Source: Octopus bimaculoides
Lineage: Eukaryota
Reading direction: 5' to 3'
Assembly (NCBI RefSeq): GCF_001194135.2
Contig: NC_068983.1
Coordinates: 99,278,177-99,329,358 of the forward strand
Length of the DNA: 51,182 nt
Shown here one piece after another: positions 24,436-36,823 of this stretch. The translations under genes were made by a program, and so were the position numbers. The notes beneath the pieces were generated by a model. It searched no databases. It was given only the letters and a program-made list of their open reading frames with translations, and had not been told where the DNA came from. Numbering within the stretch: the first letter of the stretch is position 1; each line of letters starts with the position of its first letter.

Positions 24436-24529
24436 AACAACAAACAAGATGAGGACAAATATCCGTCGAATGTAAATAATGTAAATAATTCCTCATCTCT
24501 TAAATATAGAACTGTATTGTGTCTTTTAC

Positions 24530-25087
24530 CTTTTACTTGTTTCCAGTGATTGGACTGTGGCCAAGCTGGGGCACTACCTGAATAGGTTTAGTCAAACAAA
24601 TTGATCCGCATACTTATTTTTAAATCTGGTACTTATTCTATTGGTCACTTTTGCCGAATCACTAAACCAATAAGTTACAGAGCTGTAAACATACCAACAC
24701 TAGTTGTCAAGCAGGCAGACAGACAGACAGACACACACACATACACTCACTCACTCACTCACTCACTCACTCACTCACTCACTCACTCACTCACTCACTC
24801 ACTCACTCACTCACTCACTCACTCACTCACTCACTCACTCACTCACTCACTCACTCACTCACTCACTCACTCACTCACTCACTCACTCTCTTTCTCTCTC
24901 TTTCACACAGACACATATACATATATATATACGATGGACTTACACACTTTCCATCTACCAAATTCTCTCCCAAGGCTTTGGTTGGCCTGGGGCTGTAGTA
25001 GAAGACACTTTCCCAAGATGCTGTACAGTGGGACTGAATCTGAAACTATGTGGTCGCAAAACAAGCTGCCCACAGCCATGCCTGCAC
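24530..25087 (-). mobile_element. Full-length SINE family B (CORE-like) with an expanded internal (ACTC)36
   Basis: tRNA-like head on the minus strand (ggctgtgggcagcttg...gattcagtccc), a CORE-like cttgggaaagtgtcttctactacagcc block, and an internal microsatellite at 24745-24888. Confidence 0.85.
24745..24888. repeat. (ACTC)36 microsatellite
   Basis: Directly visible; it explains the HSLT/THSL ORFs in the track. Confidence 0.97.
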
Positions 25088-25120
<33 letters not shown>

Positions 25121-25130
25121 NNNNNNNNNN
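25121..25130. other. Assembly gap (10 N) inside (TA)n
   Basis: N run. Confidence 0.99.
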
Positions 25131-25887
25131 ATATATATATATATATCTAACAGCTGGTGATTTGATGAACCCATTATTTACAAACTCATTGATTAACTGA
25201 TTACACACAGTTGAAGTTCTGCCTAATGCATTCCTACATACTGTGAATGAAGAGATTTTCCAACTGAAAATTAGTCACTTCATGCTACTGACTACTTTCA
25301 GTTAAAGCACTCTGTATGCTTCAAGGCTTTATGCTAAAGTACTTGGATTGGTTCAGGAATGAGTATAAAACTATCTGCTCTTAAAAATACACAAACATGT
25401 TATCTCAAATTCTTGAACAATGGATCAGAGAAAGTGGAGGTCTACACAGCAAAGTAGTAAATTGGTATTTTAAGGGCCCCTGAAAAAACTTTGCTTTGGA
25501 TGTATGTATTGGTATGTTTTGCAAGAAACAGCTAGGCTTCTTTCGCTAACATTTTATATAGTTCAACCTACCCCAAGTTAATGTGTGAAAGACCAAATAG
25601 GAATTTTGAAAGAAATTTCTATAAAACTAGTTTTTAAACATCAAATGGTTATGGGGGTCCACCAGAATAAGATAGTAATCAAAGGGGTCCGTAAGTAAAA
25701 AATGGTTGAAAACTCTGACTAGGATTAAAAAAAAAAAGTGGGAAGGCACTTTGATGTACAAATAAATAACTAGTAAGATTGGTGTATTTAGACATAAGTG
25801 TTACTTTTCTCAGTGAAATTTACTTTGTTGTTTGGAAAGTTTTATATAACATTGTTTCACCCCACTCACCTTCAACATAACATGCGT

Positions 25888-25932
<45 letters not shown>

Positions 25933-26169
25933 ATGCTTTAAATCTAAATTTTCTCCCTTAAATAGATGCATTTAAATTTATCAAACATAACAGACAAAGC
26001 TTATATCTAATGTTTATCTATTGTTATCATCATCATCACATTGTCTATTTTTACATGTTGCTACTGTTTGAACGGGTTTGTAACACAGCAAATTTTGCTG
26101 TAGTTTCATCCTGTAGTTTTTATGTGTGCGACTTGACAATTGTTGTTCTTATAGTGTAACTCTTGGCCA

Positions 26170-26350
26170 TCTTTGGATAAGCAACAAGCCTTTAATCAGA
26201 AGCATTCCAACCATGACTTTCTTTTTTTTTTTATCAAACAATGTATCTTGTGCAATATCCAATATGTCCTTTCTGTTTTAAGATAGTGGGATATAGTTTG
26301 TGGAAGATTTCCTTTCTAGTTCTAGCAGGCTGGGTGATCACACAGAGGCT
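26170..26350 (+). mobile_element. Dispersed SINE-like repeat (fourth family); other copies at ~37590-37730 and ~44250-44440
   Basis: Shared aatcaa/gaag(c/t)attcca(a/g)c..tgac..t and tccaatatgtcctt..tttaagata.t.g blocks. Confidence 0.5.
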
Positions 26351-27669
26351 CAACTATTCTATCTTGTGGTATTGAGTTTGAATTCTCTATTGAACAAAAC
26401 CTACAGACATTCTTCTTAAACAAGTGTGTTATGACCTAATCATTTAATGCCATGATAAGTTAGGATTAATTTAATCAAACTCACTTGCTCCTAAATATTC
26501 TTTGGTTTTCTGATGGATTTTCCTAGAGATAACCCCTCTCTTTTGATCCCATGAATGACTGTATGAGAAATATTTTCAAATACTCAAGAGGCCTGTTTGT
26601 TAAGCCTTGACATTGATGTTGATATGAAGGCAAGTTAGTGAGATATATGTGTTGGCATTTTTTTTATCTGTGTGTGTTTTGTATACAATTAATTATGGGC
26701 AGTCCAATCTGAGAAGATTAGTAGAGATCTGTCAGTTAGTTATGCAGTCTTTCTTTCAACCTTTCACACAGCCTTTCTTTTGAATTGCACTTTTGACTTA
26801 TTTCTAATTACTGAGAACCCACTACATTAATTGTCCTTATTCGACTTCTTCTATACCACAGTAGCTGACTTACATATGCTTCATGTGATCTGCCTTTTAT
26901 AGGGTCAGGAAACTTTTGTTACTAACAGATCTCCCATTTTCTATCCCTAATCCATTTCTTCTTATTGTCCAGACCACACAATATCATTCCAAAATATGGT
27001 GTCTATAACTGCATAAAATCTTCTCCCAGCTGAATGTCTGTAACAAAAACTCCAATACTCTGACTTGTGATATGTCTTCCCCATTTTCAAATGCATTTGC
27101 TGTCTCTATTAACCTCCAAACAACCTCTGACAATTATTCAAGTATTTCTTACCTTTCATTTAGGACATTTATCTTATCTTAATTCTATCATTACTATCAC
27201 ACAAATACCAGTGAATTATCTGCACTAGCTAATCTCTTCACCTATCCATATCTCTCAATGACACACTGATTTCAAAAGTAAACCCACTATTAATTTGTCA
27301 ACGCATTATCTGTCTCATAAGATTATCTGATCACTCCTGATCAAATCTGTCTACCAACATCATCCTACTGAACAACAATTCTTGCCTGCCAAACATTGTG
27401 ATTGACCAAATTTATGAAATTTCTACACTAACTGCCTTAATCTATCCGAGACAGCTAAGCGGATGACTGATGCCATCATCCTAAGTATGGCTTTCAGAAC
27501 TTCAAACCTCACAAACTTCACTTTCAGTGATACAACCCCTGGAGAAATTTGTTGCTACCATCAGCTGAGATGTGTTCACTCATTATTACTACTACACTTG
27601 CAAGAAAACTGTGAAGAAAGTTAAATGATATCCAAATAACCATCTCCATTATCTCTTTGAATCTCTTTC

Positions 27670-27957
27670 TGTTGTGTTGAGAGTGCAACACCGTCTGACG
27701 AGAATAGACAGGACCACTACATATAAATAGTAGTGGTCTGACGTAGTCGGCAATTTGTAGTTTGATCTTCAAAGTCCAGGTTGAGTTAGTGTGTTGGAAA
27801 TATTGATTGTTGGTTCATAAAAGATTGTTGGTTCGTTATGTGTTTGTTACTGCCACTGTTTCTATTTTGTATTGTTATAACACTGTTACAGTGTATTCTT
27901 TACCTATCGCCGACAATATCAACCATACTATGATATTGGAGGCATAAGGATATAACA
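27670..27957 (+). repeat. 5' LTR (288 bp)
   Basis: TG...CA ends; by hand count ~38 substitutions and one 13-bp indel versus the 3' LTR (~87% identity). Confidence 0.95.
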
Positions 27958-27959
27958 CC

Positions 27960-27972
27960 TGGCGATGAGGAT
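27960..27972 (+). promoter_or_regulatory. Primer binding site, complementary to the tRNA-Ser(GCU) 3' end
   Basis: TGGCGATGAGGAT lies 2 nt after the LTR and equals TGGCGACGAGGAT with one CpG transition. The tRNA assignment is from recalled metazoan tRNA-Ser(GCU) sequence. Confidence 0.75.
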
Positions 27973-27989
27973 TTTTCAAAGCTCACATA

Positions 27990-30900
27990 GGTTATTTGGC
28001 AATTTGTGCATCAAGACAAATTGATAAATTATAGAGAACCTATTAGCTGCAGGAATACAGCTTCAAGAGAAGCAACAGGAACAACAACTTGAGTTACAGA
28101 AGCAAATATTACAACAACAGCAGTTAATTGAGCTACAGTCAAGGAAGTCCAAAAATTCAGTAAGTTCGTTTATGCCAGATGGCATGGTGAACTTGATTTA
28201 CTTATAATCCAGAGTGAGGTATTACATTTCCTGCGTACTATAGAAGGTATGAAGAAATTTTTAACAAAGATTGCAAGCCATAGTTGGATGAGGAGAAAGT
28301 GAGGTTATTACTATGCAAGGTAGCTCCGGCCAAGCATGGATGCTACTGTAACTTTATGTTGCCCAAAAAGTCAAATGAGATTTGTTCCCAAGAAACTATT
28401 GAATTATTCTCCAAGATCTTTTGTGACAAAAGTTCATTATTTAACACTTGAACAGAATGTTGGAACTTGACAAAAAATGATGATGATGACTTTATTACAT
28501 ATGCTGGAATAGTCAGCCATATGTGTGAAAACTTTAAACTTCAGGAATTCACTCAGGATATGTTTAAATCCCTTATCTTTGTACAAGGCCTTATGGCAAC
28601 TGAAGATAGAGAAATTTGGGAAAGGATTCTCCCCAAAATGGAACAAGCAAACCAAGACTTAACTCTACAGACCATTGCAGAAGAATGTCAAACAATGATA
28701 AACCTGTAGCATGACATGAAAAAAGTTCAAGAGAAAGATTCCGCAAAAATACAGATGTGTCAACTTGGAAAGTACAATCAAAAAGAGTTCCAGGCCCCAA
28801 TCCATGTTGTGGATGTAGAGGCCTACACTTCAGAAAAGAGTGTCCATTTAAAAACTGAAAATGCTATAGTTGTCAGAAACTTGGTCACAAGAGCTCACAC
28901 TGCACTACAAAATTATGTGGGTTGAATGCAAAAAGTTCTAAGGTGTTTTCAGCAGAAAGTGAATATGACACAAAAACAAGAAAATTCACACACATAAAAA
29001 TAAATGGTGGATACACAGAAAAAGATCTGGAAACCGAGGTTATCTAAAACAGTGAAAATTGTGCGTGGCATGACAGGCGATAAATTACATTTCATGGGTG
29101 AAATGTGTGTAGATGTCACATTTCGAGGAGAAACACAAAACAAAAATATTCATTGTGGAGGATACAATCAATTTGTTTGGTTCAGATTAGTTGGACTTAT
29201 GGCACCTCCCCATAAGTCTCTACTGCAAAAACATAAATGGTTCCATTAAAAATAAATCGTCTGAGGAATTGAAGAGAAAATTGAAAAAGATGTTTCTTCA
29301 AGTACTATTGGAGGACGTAGGTCTATGTAAAAAGAGTGAAGCCTGTTTTCAAGTAAGTGAAAATGCTGTACCTGTATTTAAATCTAACAGAAAAGTACCG
29401 TTCACAGCAATTAAGATCGTAAATGATGAGTTGGACAGACTGGAATCATCAAAAAGGTGGATTACTCTAAGTGGATGGCACCCACAGTTTGCATTAAAAA
29501 GAAAAATAATAAGATTAGGCTGTGTGCCGATTTCTCTACAGGATTGAACGAGTGCTTAAAGAGATGCCACCATCTACTTCAGAGGATATTTTCACAAAAT
29601 TAAATGATGAAAAATTTTTCTCCAAATTGGATCTGTCTAATGTTTAATTACAGATTAAAGTAAATGACAAATGTTCAAAGTTTCTGACAATAAATACACA
29701 TAGAGGATTGTACAGATATACCCAGTTACCTTTTGGATTAAAGGTTGCACCAACAATATTTCAGCAAATCACGGACACTATGTTATCTGATTGTGAATTT
29801 GGATGATATATTGATTAAGAGTAATTCACGTGAACAGCATGTGGAGCATATAAAAACTGTGTTCGGGAAAATTAAAAGAGTACGGGTTCACTTTGAATGC
29901 AGAAAAATGCGAATTCTTTTTGCCTCAAATTAGAAGAAAAAAGAAGCCTGATTGATTATCTTTGCTGTAAAAAAATTTCATAGGTTTCTACATGGTAGAA
30001 GTTTTCTGCTACAAATAGATCATCAACCATCGCTATCAATTTATACAGCGTACTGACTACAACATTGGGGTCTAATATTACTAAATTACTATTTCAAAAT
30101 GCAGTATATTCCATCAGAAAAAATCTGTCATGCAGATTGTCTATCAAGACTAATTCCCCAAAATATGGAACCACTAGAAGATACTGTGATAGCTGCACTG
30201 CAGGCAGAAAATGAAATAAAGAGTATTATGATTAATGTTATCCAAGAACTGTCAGTGACTGCACAGGATATAAGAATGAAATCTGTAGGTGATGAGTATA
30301 TTACAAAAATGAAAGAAACTTTAAAAAATAAACAGAATAAAAATACACATTTGAGTAGTTTCTCTATATGAGACAATATTCTGATGTATGCGCAAAGAAT
30401 TGTAGTACCAACTACATTACAAAAACTTGTAGCAATTCCACAGCGGACACCCAGGAATGTCGTGGATGAAAGTGCTGATGAGGAGTTATGTCTATTGGCT
30501 GACTATGGACTGGGATATTGAAAATTTGGTGAGAACTTGTTGAGGTTGCATGCTTGTAGCTAAAGCCCCACCAATAAAATATCAGTCATGGCCAGAGACT
30601 GAGAATCCATGGTCTTGGTTACATAATGACTATGCCAGACTGGTGAATAGCACTTACTATCCAATCATGGTAGACAGCTGTGCAAAGTGGCCAGAGGTAT
30701 GCAGGTGCAATAAACCAACCACTAAGACGACTGAAGTTCCTATATGAATTGTTTGCACGATACGGTGTTCCAGACACGTTAGTTTCTTATAATGGAACAC
30801 AATTCTTGGGGTAGGAATTCAAGAATTTCTGTAAAATGCATGCAGTAAAGCATATTTTCACTCCACCCTACCATCCGAGGTCAAATGGGCAGGTAGAAAG

Positions 30901-31440
30901 ATTCGTGGACAAGTTCAAAAGAGCGTTAAGAAAAGCTAGGAATGAATTAAGTAATGACAAAGCACTAACATTTTTTTTAGGGGTATATAGAGTAACCCCC
31001 GATCCAAGTACAAATTCAGGAAAGTCACCCTCAGAGTTGATGTTCATGAGAAGGATAAAATCAATTTTTGATAAGTTATTGCCAGAGAAAAAAAGATGTA
31101 AAGGAAATACAAAAGATGCAACAAAATATTTCAAAGTAGGAGATAAAGTACATTTTAAAACCTACAGAAATGGTAAAGAAGGCTGGTAGGATGAACTTGT
31201 AACCAAAAAGATAGGAAGTATGATGTATCAAATTAAAGGACTATGCTAGGAACACAGGAGACTCATACGTCAGCTAAAGAAGAGACATACCAAGGAATGG
31301 AGAGAAATTCTTATGGAAGTATTTTTTGATGTTTTCGATGTCCCAATATCAAAAGTAATGGAATAACATAGAACCAGCATGAGAAAGCAGAAGCAAACCG
31401 AACACCTTGAGATAAGGCCCAAGCAAAAAGGTACTAGAAA
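27990..31440 (+). pseudogene. Disrupted gag-pol (Gag, double Zn knuckle, partial protease, RT, partial RNase H, integrase)
   Basis: CCGCRGLHFRKECPFKN*KCYSCQKLGHKSSHC (28805-28903); RT remnants LPFGLKVAP and NLDDILI; RNase H EKEA*LIIFAVKKFH; HADCLSRL; integrase PWSWLHNDYA and PPYHPRSNGQVERFVDKFKRAL. Many stops and frameshifts; the protease DTG motif is absent. Confidence 0.92.
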
Positions 31441-31491
31441 ATAATAATGAATAAATAAAATTTCTCTTATTCCTTTGGAACTCAAAATCTC

Positions 31492-31502
31492 AAAAGGGGA
31501 GA
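31492..31502 (+). other. Polypurine tract
   Basis: AAAAGGGGAGA immediately before the 3' LTR. Confidence 0.85.
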
Positions 31503-31803
31503 TGTTGTGGCAAGAGTATGACATCCTCTGAAGAGAATAGATGGGATCGCTACATATAAATAGTAGCGGCCTGATGTAGTCAGCATTTCATAGTTTGATC
31601 TTCAAAGTCCAGGTACATTTTACAGTTCGAGTTAGTGTGTTGGAAATGTTGATTGTTGGTTCGTAAAAGATCATTGGTTCATTACGTGTTTGTTACTGCT
31701 GCTGTTTCTATTTTGTATTGTTATAACACTGTTACAGTGTATTCTTTATCCATCATCGACAATATCAACCGTACTATGATATTGGAGATGTATGGATATA
31801 ACA
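31503..31803 (+). repeat. 3' LTR (301 bp)
   Basis: TG...CA ends, follows the PPT and is followed by the TSD. Confidence 0.95.
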
Positions 31804-32699
31804 CTTTCCTCTCTCAGTGACCATCAATACAGTTTCTGTTGAGATAATTTACCAGAGATCTGCCTTTTTATTACACATACCAATGGTCTTAACATCATCA
31901 GCAAAGCATTCACCCATGTCCTGCATGTGAACTTCTTAACTATGAGATTCCATCTGTCTCTTATCTTTTCAATTAGACGTTTCCTTTCAGGCTATATCAT
32001 GATTATGTAGACTAATGGGACCCCCTCTGTGTAAGTTTTCGGTTGTCTATCAACTGCCTAAGGGTTTGGTTGTCTCCTACATTCTTCTTATTGTACATTA
32101 ACTCATGTTTAAGGCTTGTACTGCAAATAACTGCAGCTGTCATTGAATCCTGAACCAATTCAAATAATGTTTGAGGCTATAAAGTAGGAACTCTCCTGTG
32201 CAAGAAACAAAGTTTAGCCTCATTTTAAAAAGACTTTCTTGTCAAAAGACATGTTATTCTTAGGGCTCTTCTTCCAATTTTTGAATATCATGGCAGTTGA
32301 TATCTCATGTAGGGAGTTAGACTTTGGAGATATTAGCTATTAATAGTTTATTTATTATGATTATCTATTAATAATTTAATTAGAGAAAGAGAGCTTGGAC
32401 TTGGAGAAAATAATCAAAGGGATATTTCAGTATCATTTTTACACACCAGCGATTTAAGTGATATCAAGGTTGAACATTTGTGAGTAGTAGGGAAGCGATT
32501 ATGTTGTTGAGCATTGCATTAATGTTTTCATTAATGATGTAGGTCCCATAAAACCTTTGAACTTAGAAGCAAAGCCCATTTTGCCTCAAGAAATTTTTGC
32601 TAAGATGAGCAATGAGACTACAAGATATGCATGTCAACAGGAAAATACTACCTTCAGTCATCTTAGAATGTTTATCTTATCTAATGCTAATGGGTATAG

Positions 32700-32868
32700 A
32701 CATGGCTGTATAGTTAAGAAGTTTACGTCCCAACCATATGGTTTCAAGCCCAGTCCCACTGCATGGACAAGTATCTTCTACTATAGGCCCAGGTCAAGTG
32801 GTAAATGGAAAATAAAAAAGCTCACTCCATCCATCCATCCATCCATCCATCCATCCATCCATCCATCC

Positions 32869-32900
<32 letters not shown>
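32700..32900 (+). mobile_element. SINE family B head fragment ending in (CCAT)n(CTAT)n
   Basis: catggctgtatagttaagaag...cccagtcccactgc...caagtatcttctactatagg; microsatellite at 32827-32900. Confidence 0.65.
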
Positions 32901-32901
<1 letters not shown>

Positions 32902-33488
32902 AAAACAAAAAACATTTTGATTTAACATTCATCGAATGCGAACATCGTTTCATGCATTTGAAAAGAAAGCAAAAAAGAAATTAAAAATAACAAAGTCCTT
33001 TTTAAAACAAAAGGAAAGAGTAAAAAACAAAAGAAATCAGATGATCCATGCGTGCGAAAAAGAAAGAGGAAAAGAAAAGAAAAAAAAAGGCCTTTAAAAA
33101 GGGCAGCGGACGGGGAAAACAGGAGAGAACAATTGAAATGAGGAGAGCACTGATCTGATATCAGGAGAGGTTGGATTCATTGTTAGTGAATGTATATTGA
33201 GTGTCGACTGGCCTGTTACTGGTGAGTATTTGTGTATATTCTATTCACTTGATGTCCTTTTCTGGATATATTATAGTGTGGACATTCAAAACAGGCCAGC
33301 AATATTAATAATTGTTATTTCCTTGCAGAATAACATTTATATTATATATTTTGTACCTTATTAAGTATTATTGTAGTTAATTTCCAAGTAGCATTTTAAC
33401 TTTAATCTGTGTGTTCGTTTTCTTTAAGTCTTGAACGTAGCAATACACACACACACACACACACACACATACATATACATATATATAC

Positions 33489-33520
<32 letters not shown>

Positions 33521-34765
33521 GTATGTGTATATATCTTTATGTATATGTATGTTTGTGTGATTGAATTCATATTGCCCTCATGTTTGCAAGTTTATAATGA
33601 ATGACTTCATGACAGTGCCATTTGCTTGCAGTCCACAATGAGATTATGTCTGGACTTTTCAACATGTCTTGACATATTGCATGGTCTTTGTAAATAAAGG
33701 GTTCATTCATGTAGTGTCATTAGTTTCCAGTTTTCTGCATAAAACATGTCTAGGTTATCAGTTTTTTTGATGGACTTGGAGATTGCTTTCTCACTCAGAA
33801 ACAAATGGTATTGAGATCAGGAAAAGCATCAGACTATAGAAAACCTCTGTTCCAACATACTCTCATCTGACCCATGCCAGCATGAATAAGTAGACATTAA
33901 AATAGTGATGAGCTGTGCAACTTCCAAGTTACAAAGATTACTGGAACACAAATTCACCTCTGAGATAGGAAAACAATACCCAGGAATTTCTATCTTGTAA
34001 ATATAAGTAAGAACACCTATGTACAATCAACCTATCTGTATTCAACCGACTGATAAGACGAGTAAAGATTAATAGCTACTTGTAAAAACCACATTCACTA
34101 TGTGCACCAGTAATCATTATATCCTATCATTAAATTTCATCTAAATTCATGCAGTGATAATAGTTTTATGATTTTTATACTGATCTAATTGCATTTCATC
34201 AGTATTTCTAGTTTCTTATAGGATTGGGAGATGTATGTAGAAAATGAACTACAGAAATTTGAGAGTTAATGATCAGTTTACTGTTACATCTAATTTTCAT
34301 GTTTAGAGGAAAATTTGATCATTGTTAGCAGGGCATGGTGACAATTCTGGCCGTATTTCAAACTTATTAGATATTGTCAATGGAACATAGTCATCTTGAC
34401 ATCACTTCCTTTACGTTTTATGCAACTATGGTTAGTCACAATTAAAGATGAATCTTAATAACTACCATGATAGATGCAGCTATAATTAGTACTTGAAACT
34501 TCAAAAACTAGGAATATAGTGCTAAAGCACCGATATGAAAGATATTGAAAATAGTGCAATCAGGTTAATATGATGAACATTGTAATGTAGGCAGCTGGTG
34601 AGCTCTGATCTGTTACTTTTGTTCAGTTCCTAATTGTAGTTATTTCACCTACTTAGTTAACGCTGCACAGAAAGTTATGAATGCCATTCCATTCCTTGAA
34701 TTCGTTGTCTGATCATAATGACAAATCAGCAGTTAACTCTGTGTTGTTAATATTTTGTTATTCTG

Positions 34766-34964
34766 TTACTTGTTTCAGTCATTAGACTGCAACCATGCTG
34801 GGGCACTGCCTTAAAGGGTTTTAGTCAAAGAAATCAACCCCAGGATTTATTCTTTGTAAGCCTAGTACTTATTCTATTGGTCTCTTTTGCTAAACGACTA
34901 AGTTACATGGATATAAGTACACTAACCTCAGTTGTCAAGCAATGGTGGTGGGGACAAACAAAAG

Positions 34965-34997
<33 letters not shown>

Positions 34998-35160
34998 TAT
35001 ATACGATGGGCTTCTTTTAGTTTCCATCTACCAAAGCCACTCACAAGACTTTGGTCAGCCTGGGGCTATAGAAGACACTTGCCCAAGGTGCCATGCAGTG
35101 GGACTGAATCTGGAACCATGTGGTTGGGAAGCAAGCATCTTACAATATAACCATGCTTGC
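34766..35160 (-). mobile_element. Full-length SINE family B (CORE-like)
   Basis: The minus-strand head contains ccagattcagtcccactgcatggcaCCTTGGGCAAGtgtcttctatagcc, and the 3' end is ...gactgaaacaagtaa. A head-half copy also lies at ~48535-48765. Confidence 0.88.
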
Positions 35161-36148
35161 ACCCAATGTGAAATGAATAAATATTTATCTGTCATTTTAA
35201 TTAAATTATTCAAAGTATTACATAGAATTCAGACAGTAGCTTTGTTTTTGTCCCCACATTGCTTCTTAACCTCTGTAGATCTTATACAAAATATTCTGTT
35301 CCTTTCTTACTTTTTAAAATTATATTTCTCTTATATGTTATCCCTACCCACATCACTAAATATACTAGCTTCCTTCTTCTTTCCTACTGTTATGCTGCAT
35401 TATGGCCATATAGGGCCATCAACTGTGCCTTTCTCTCAACAACTACAACAAAGGTGGTTGAAACCGAGGCTATATTCTTAACCCCAAATTGTGTTGCTGT
35501 AACATTTATAGCAGAACTGTTCTTTCAACATGCTTTATTTTATATATTTGCATTGAGCTGCTGAAGACAATGTTGGCAGCCTCTTAAAATTACCTGCTCT
35601 ATTTCTGTGTTCTTCCAGCTTGTTAATGATTTTGAGTTTAATAACCTGTAACTTCCTTGCATATAAAAATTTTCAGTCACTTTCTACAAGCTGTAACCTA
35701 CATTAGAATTTTATTATTTCAGACTGAAATATATTCCAAAGGTGAAGGTAGATGTTAAAAGTATTTTTAAAGAGACCATGTTTCACTTTTATATCTTATA
35801 TATTTGAAATGATGGTGTGGAAGTAAATTTAGTCAAAAGCGATAATTGGTATCAAATTAAGACCACTGATGAACTTTTTGGTGAGGAATTTATAGAAGCT
35901 ATATCTGTTCTGTATAGATAAAGTAAAGTGATATCTTACAGATAGACTAGTTGTCAGCGAAATGTAGGCCTAAGATCATAGGCTAGGGATTTATATACGC
36001 TTATTAGCTTTGATAATTAGTAAAATGTTATCAAGTATGCCAGGATATTCAGTAGCTGGATGAAAAAGGGAAGTTCTCATATTATTTTGAAATGAAACAA
36101 AAATGTTTTTTTTTTCCCAAGAATACTGAATTGTTTTGAAAGGTATTG

Positions 36149-36150
<2 letters not shown>

Positions 36151-36185
<35 letters not shown>
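36151..36185. repeat. (ATC)n microsatellite
   Basis: Directly visible; it explains the poly-Met and poly-Asp ORFs. Confidence 0.95.
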
Positions 36186-36455
36186 AATTGTGATAATTGT
36201 AGTGATTCTGATTCATCATTAATGTTGTCGCTTTAACATTACTGAACATCAGTATCATCATCACCACTGTAATTGTCATTTTTTCTTCTTATCATTGTAA
36301 TAGTAATACATTGCTATATCATTTCATCAAATTATTCTTCCATGTTTCAGTTAAAAAACATATCTAATATCATCTACATCATGAAAATGTAAAAGTTTCA
36401 AGGAGATATGAAATAGATAACTTCAAGGGTGAGTCTTGAAGTGAATACATCTTTA

Positions 36456-36823
36456 AATAAGAGCATTCGGAGAGTACAAACCTCTGCCAAGGCAACACTA
36501 ATGTCCTCTCAACGATTAGCCAGAGATGATTTTTAAAACGAGAATATCTGAAATAAACTCAACTGCTCTAACAAATGAGACTACTAAAAATGAACCTGAC
36601 CGCTCTCAAAAGTTAAGTAAAAAAAAAATAGAAAAATAATCCAGAATCCTTGTCTGGTACCGGATCAATCAGTTCATGCCAGTCATGAGGCCAAACATCC
36701 CTGAAATTTTTCATCTAAATCCATCCAGCAGTTCTTGAGATATCTTGTCCACGACAGGCAAACAAACAAATAAACACGACTGAAAACAATACCTCCGCCT
36801 TCACTAAGGCAGAGGTGATAATA
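36456..36823 (+). mobile_element. Helentron-associated (HINE/DINE-1-like) element, copy 2
   Basis: 5' subTIR acctctgcc (36480-36488), 3' ggcagaggt (36808-36816), 3' stem-loop cctccgcctt/aaggcagagg and (CAAA)n; homologous to 2025-2395. Confidence 0.72.

Larger units (their letters stand above)
23757..24516. mobile_element. Fold-back composite retro-element: back-to-back tRNA-like heads, (AAT)n and hammerhead-bearing arms; 13-bp TSD
   Basis: Outer arms ~23753-23915 and ~24310-24484 are inverted repeats; inner hairpin 24155-24309; direct repeat ttgtgtcttttac at 23744-23756 and 24517-24529. Confidence 0.8.
27670..31803 (+). mobile_element. Ty3/gypsy LTR retrotransposon (Mag-like), decayed and internally deleted
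   Basis: Two LTRs (TGTTGTG...TATAACA), 5-bp TSD CTTTC (27665-27669 and 31804-31808), PBS, PPT and gag-pol remnants. Confidence 0.95.
26780..32330 (+). mobile_element. Decayed CR1/L2-type LINE split by the gypsy insertion (segments ~26780-27669 and 31804-32330)
   Basis: Right of the 3' LTR: LSDHQYSF, ISKAFTHVLH and PKGL-LSPTFFLLYIN, corresponding to RT motifs LSDHQYGF, SKAFD.V.H and PQGSVLSP.LFL..IN. The left segment is weaker. Confidence 0.7.

Noticed and set aside
24601-25208. Long ORFs with HSLT/THSL repeats
   Set aside because: They are translations of the (ACTC)36 microsatellite inside a SINE and run through an N gap.
32900-33125. A-rich segment with some CpGs as a short Helitron
   Set aside because: No CTRR end or convincing 3' hairpin; not enough support.
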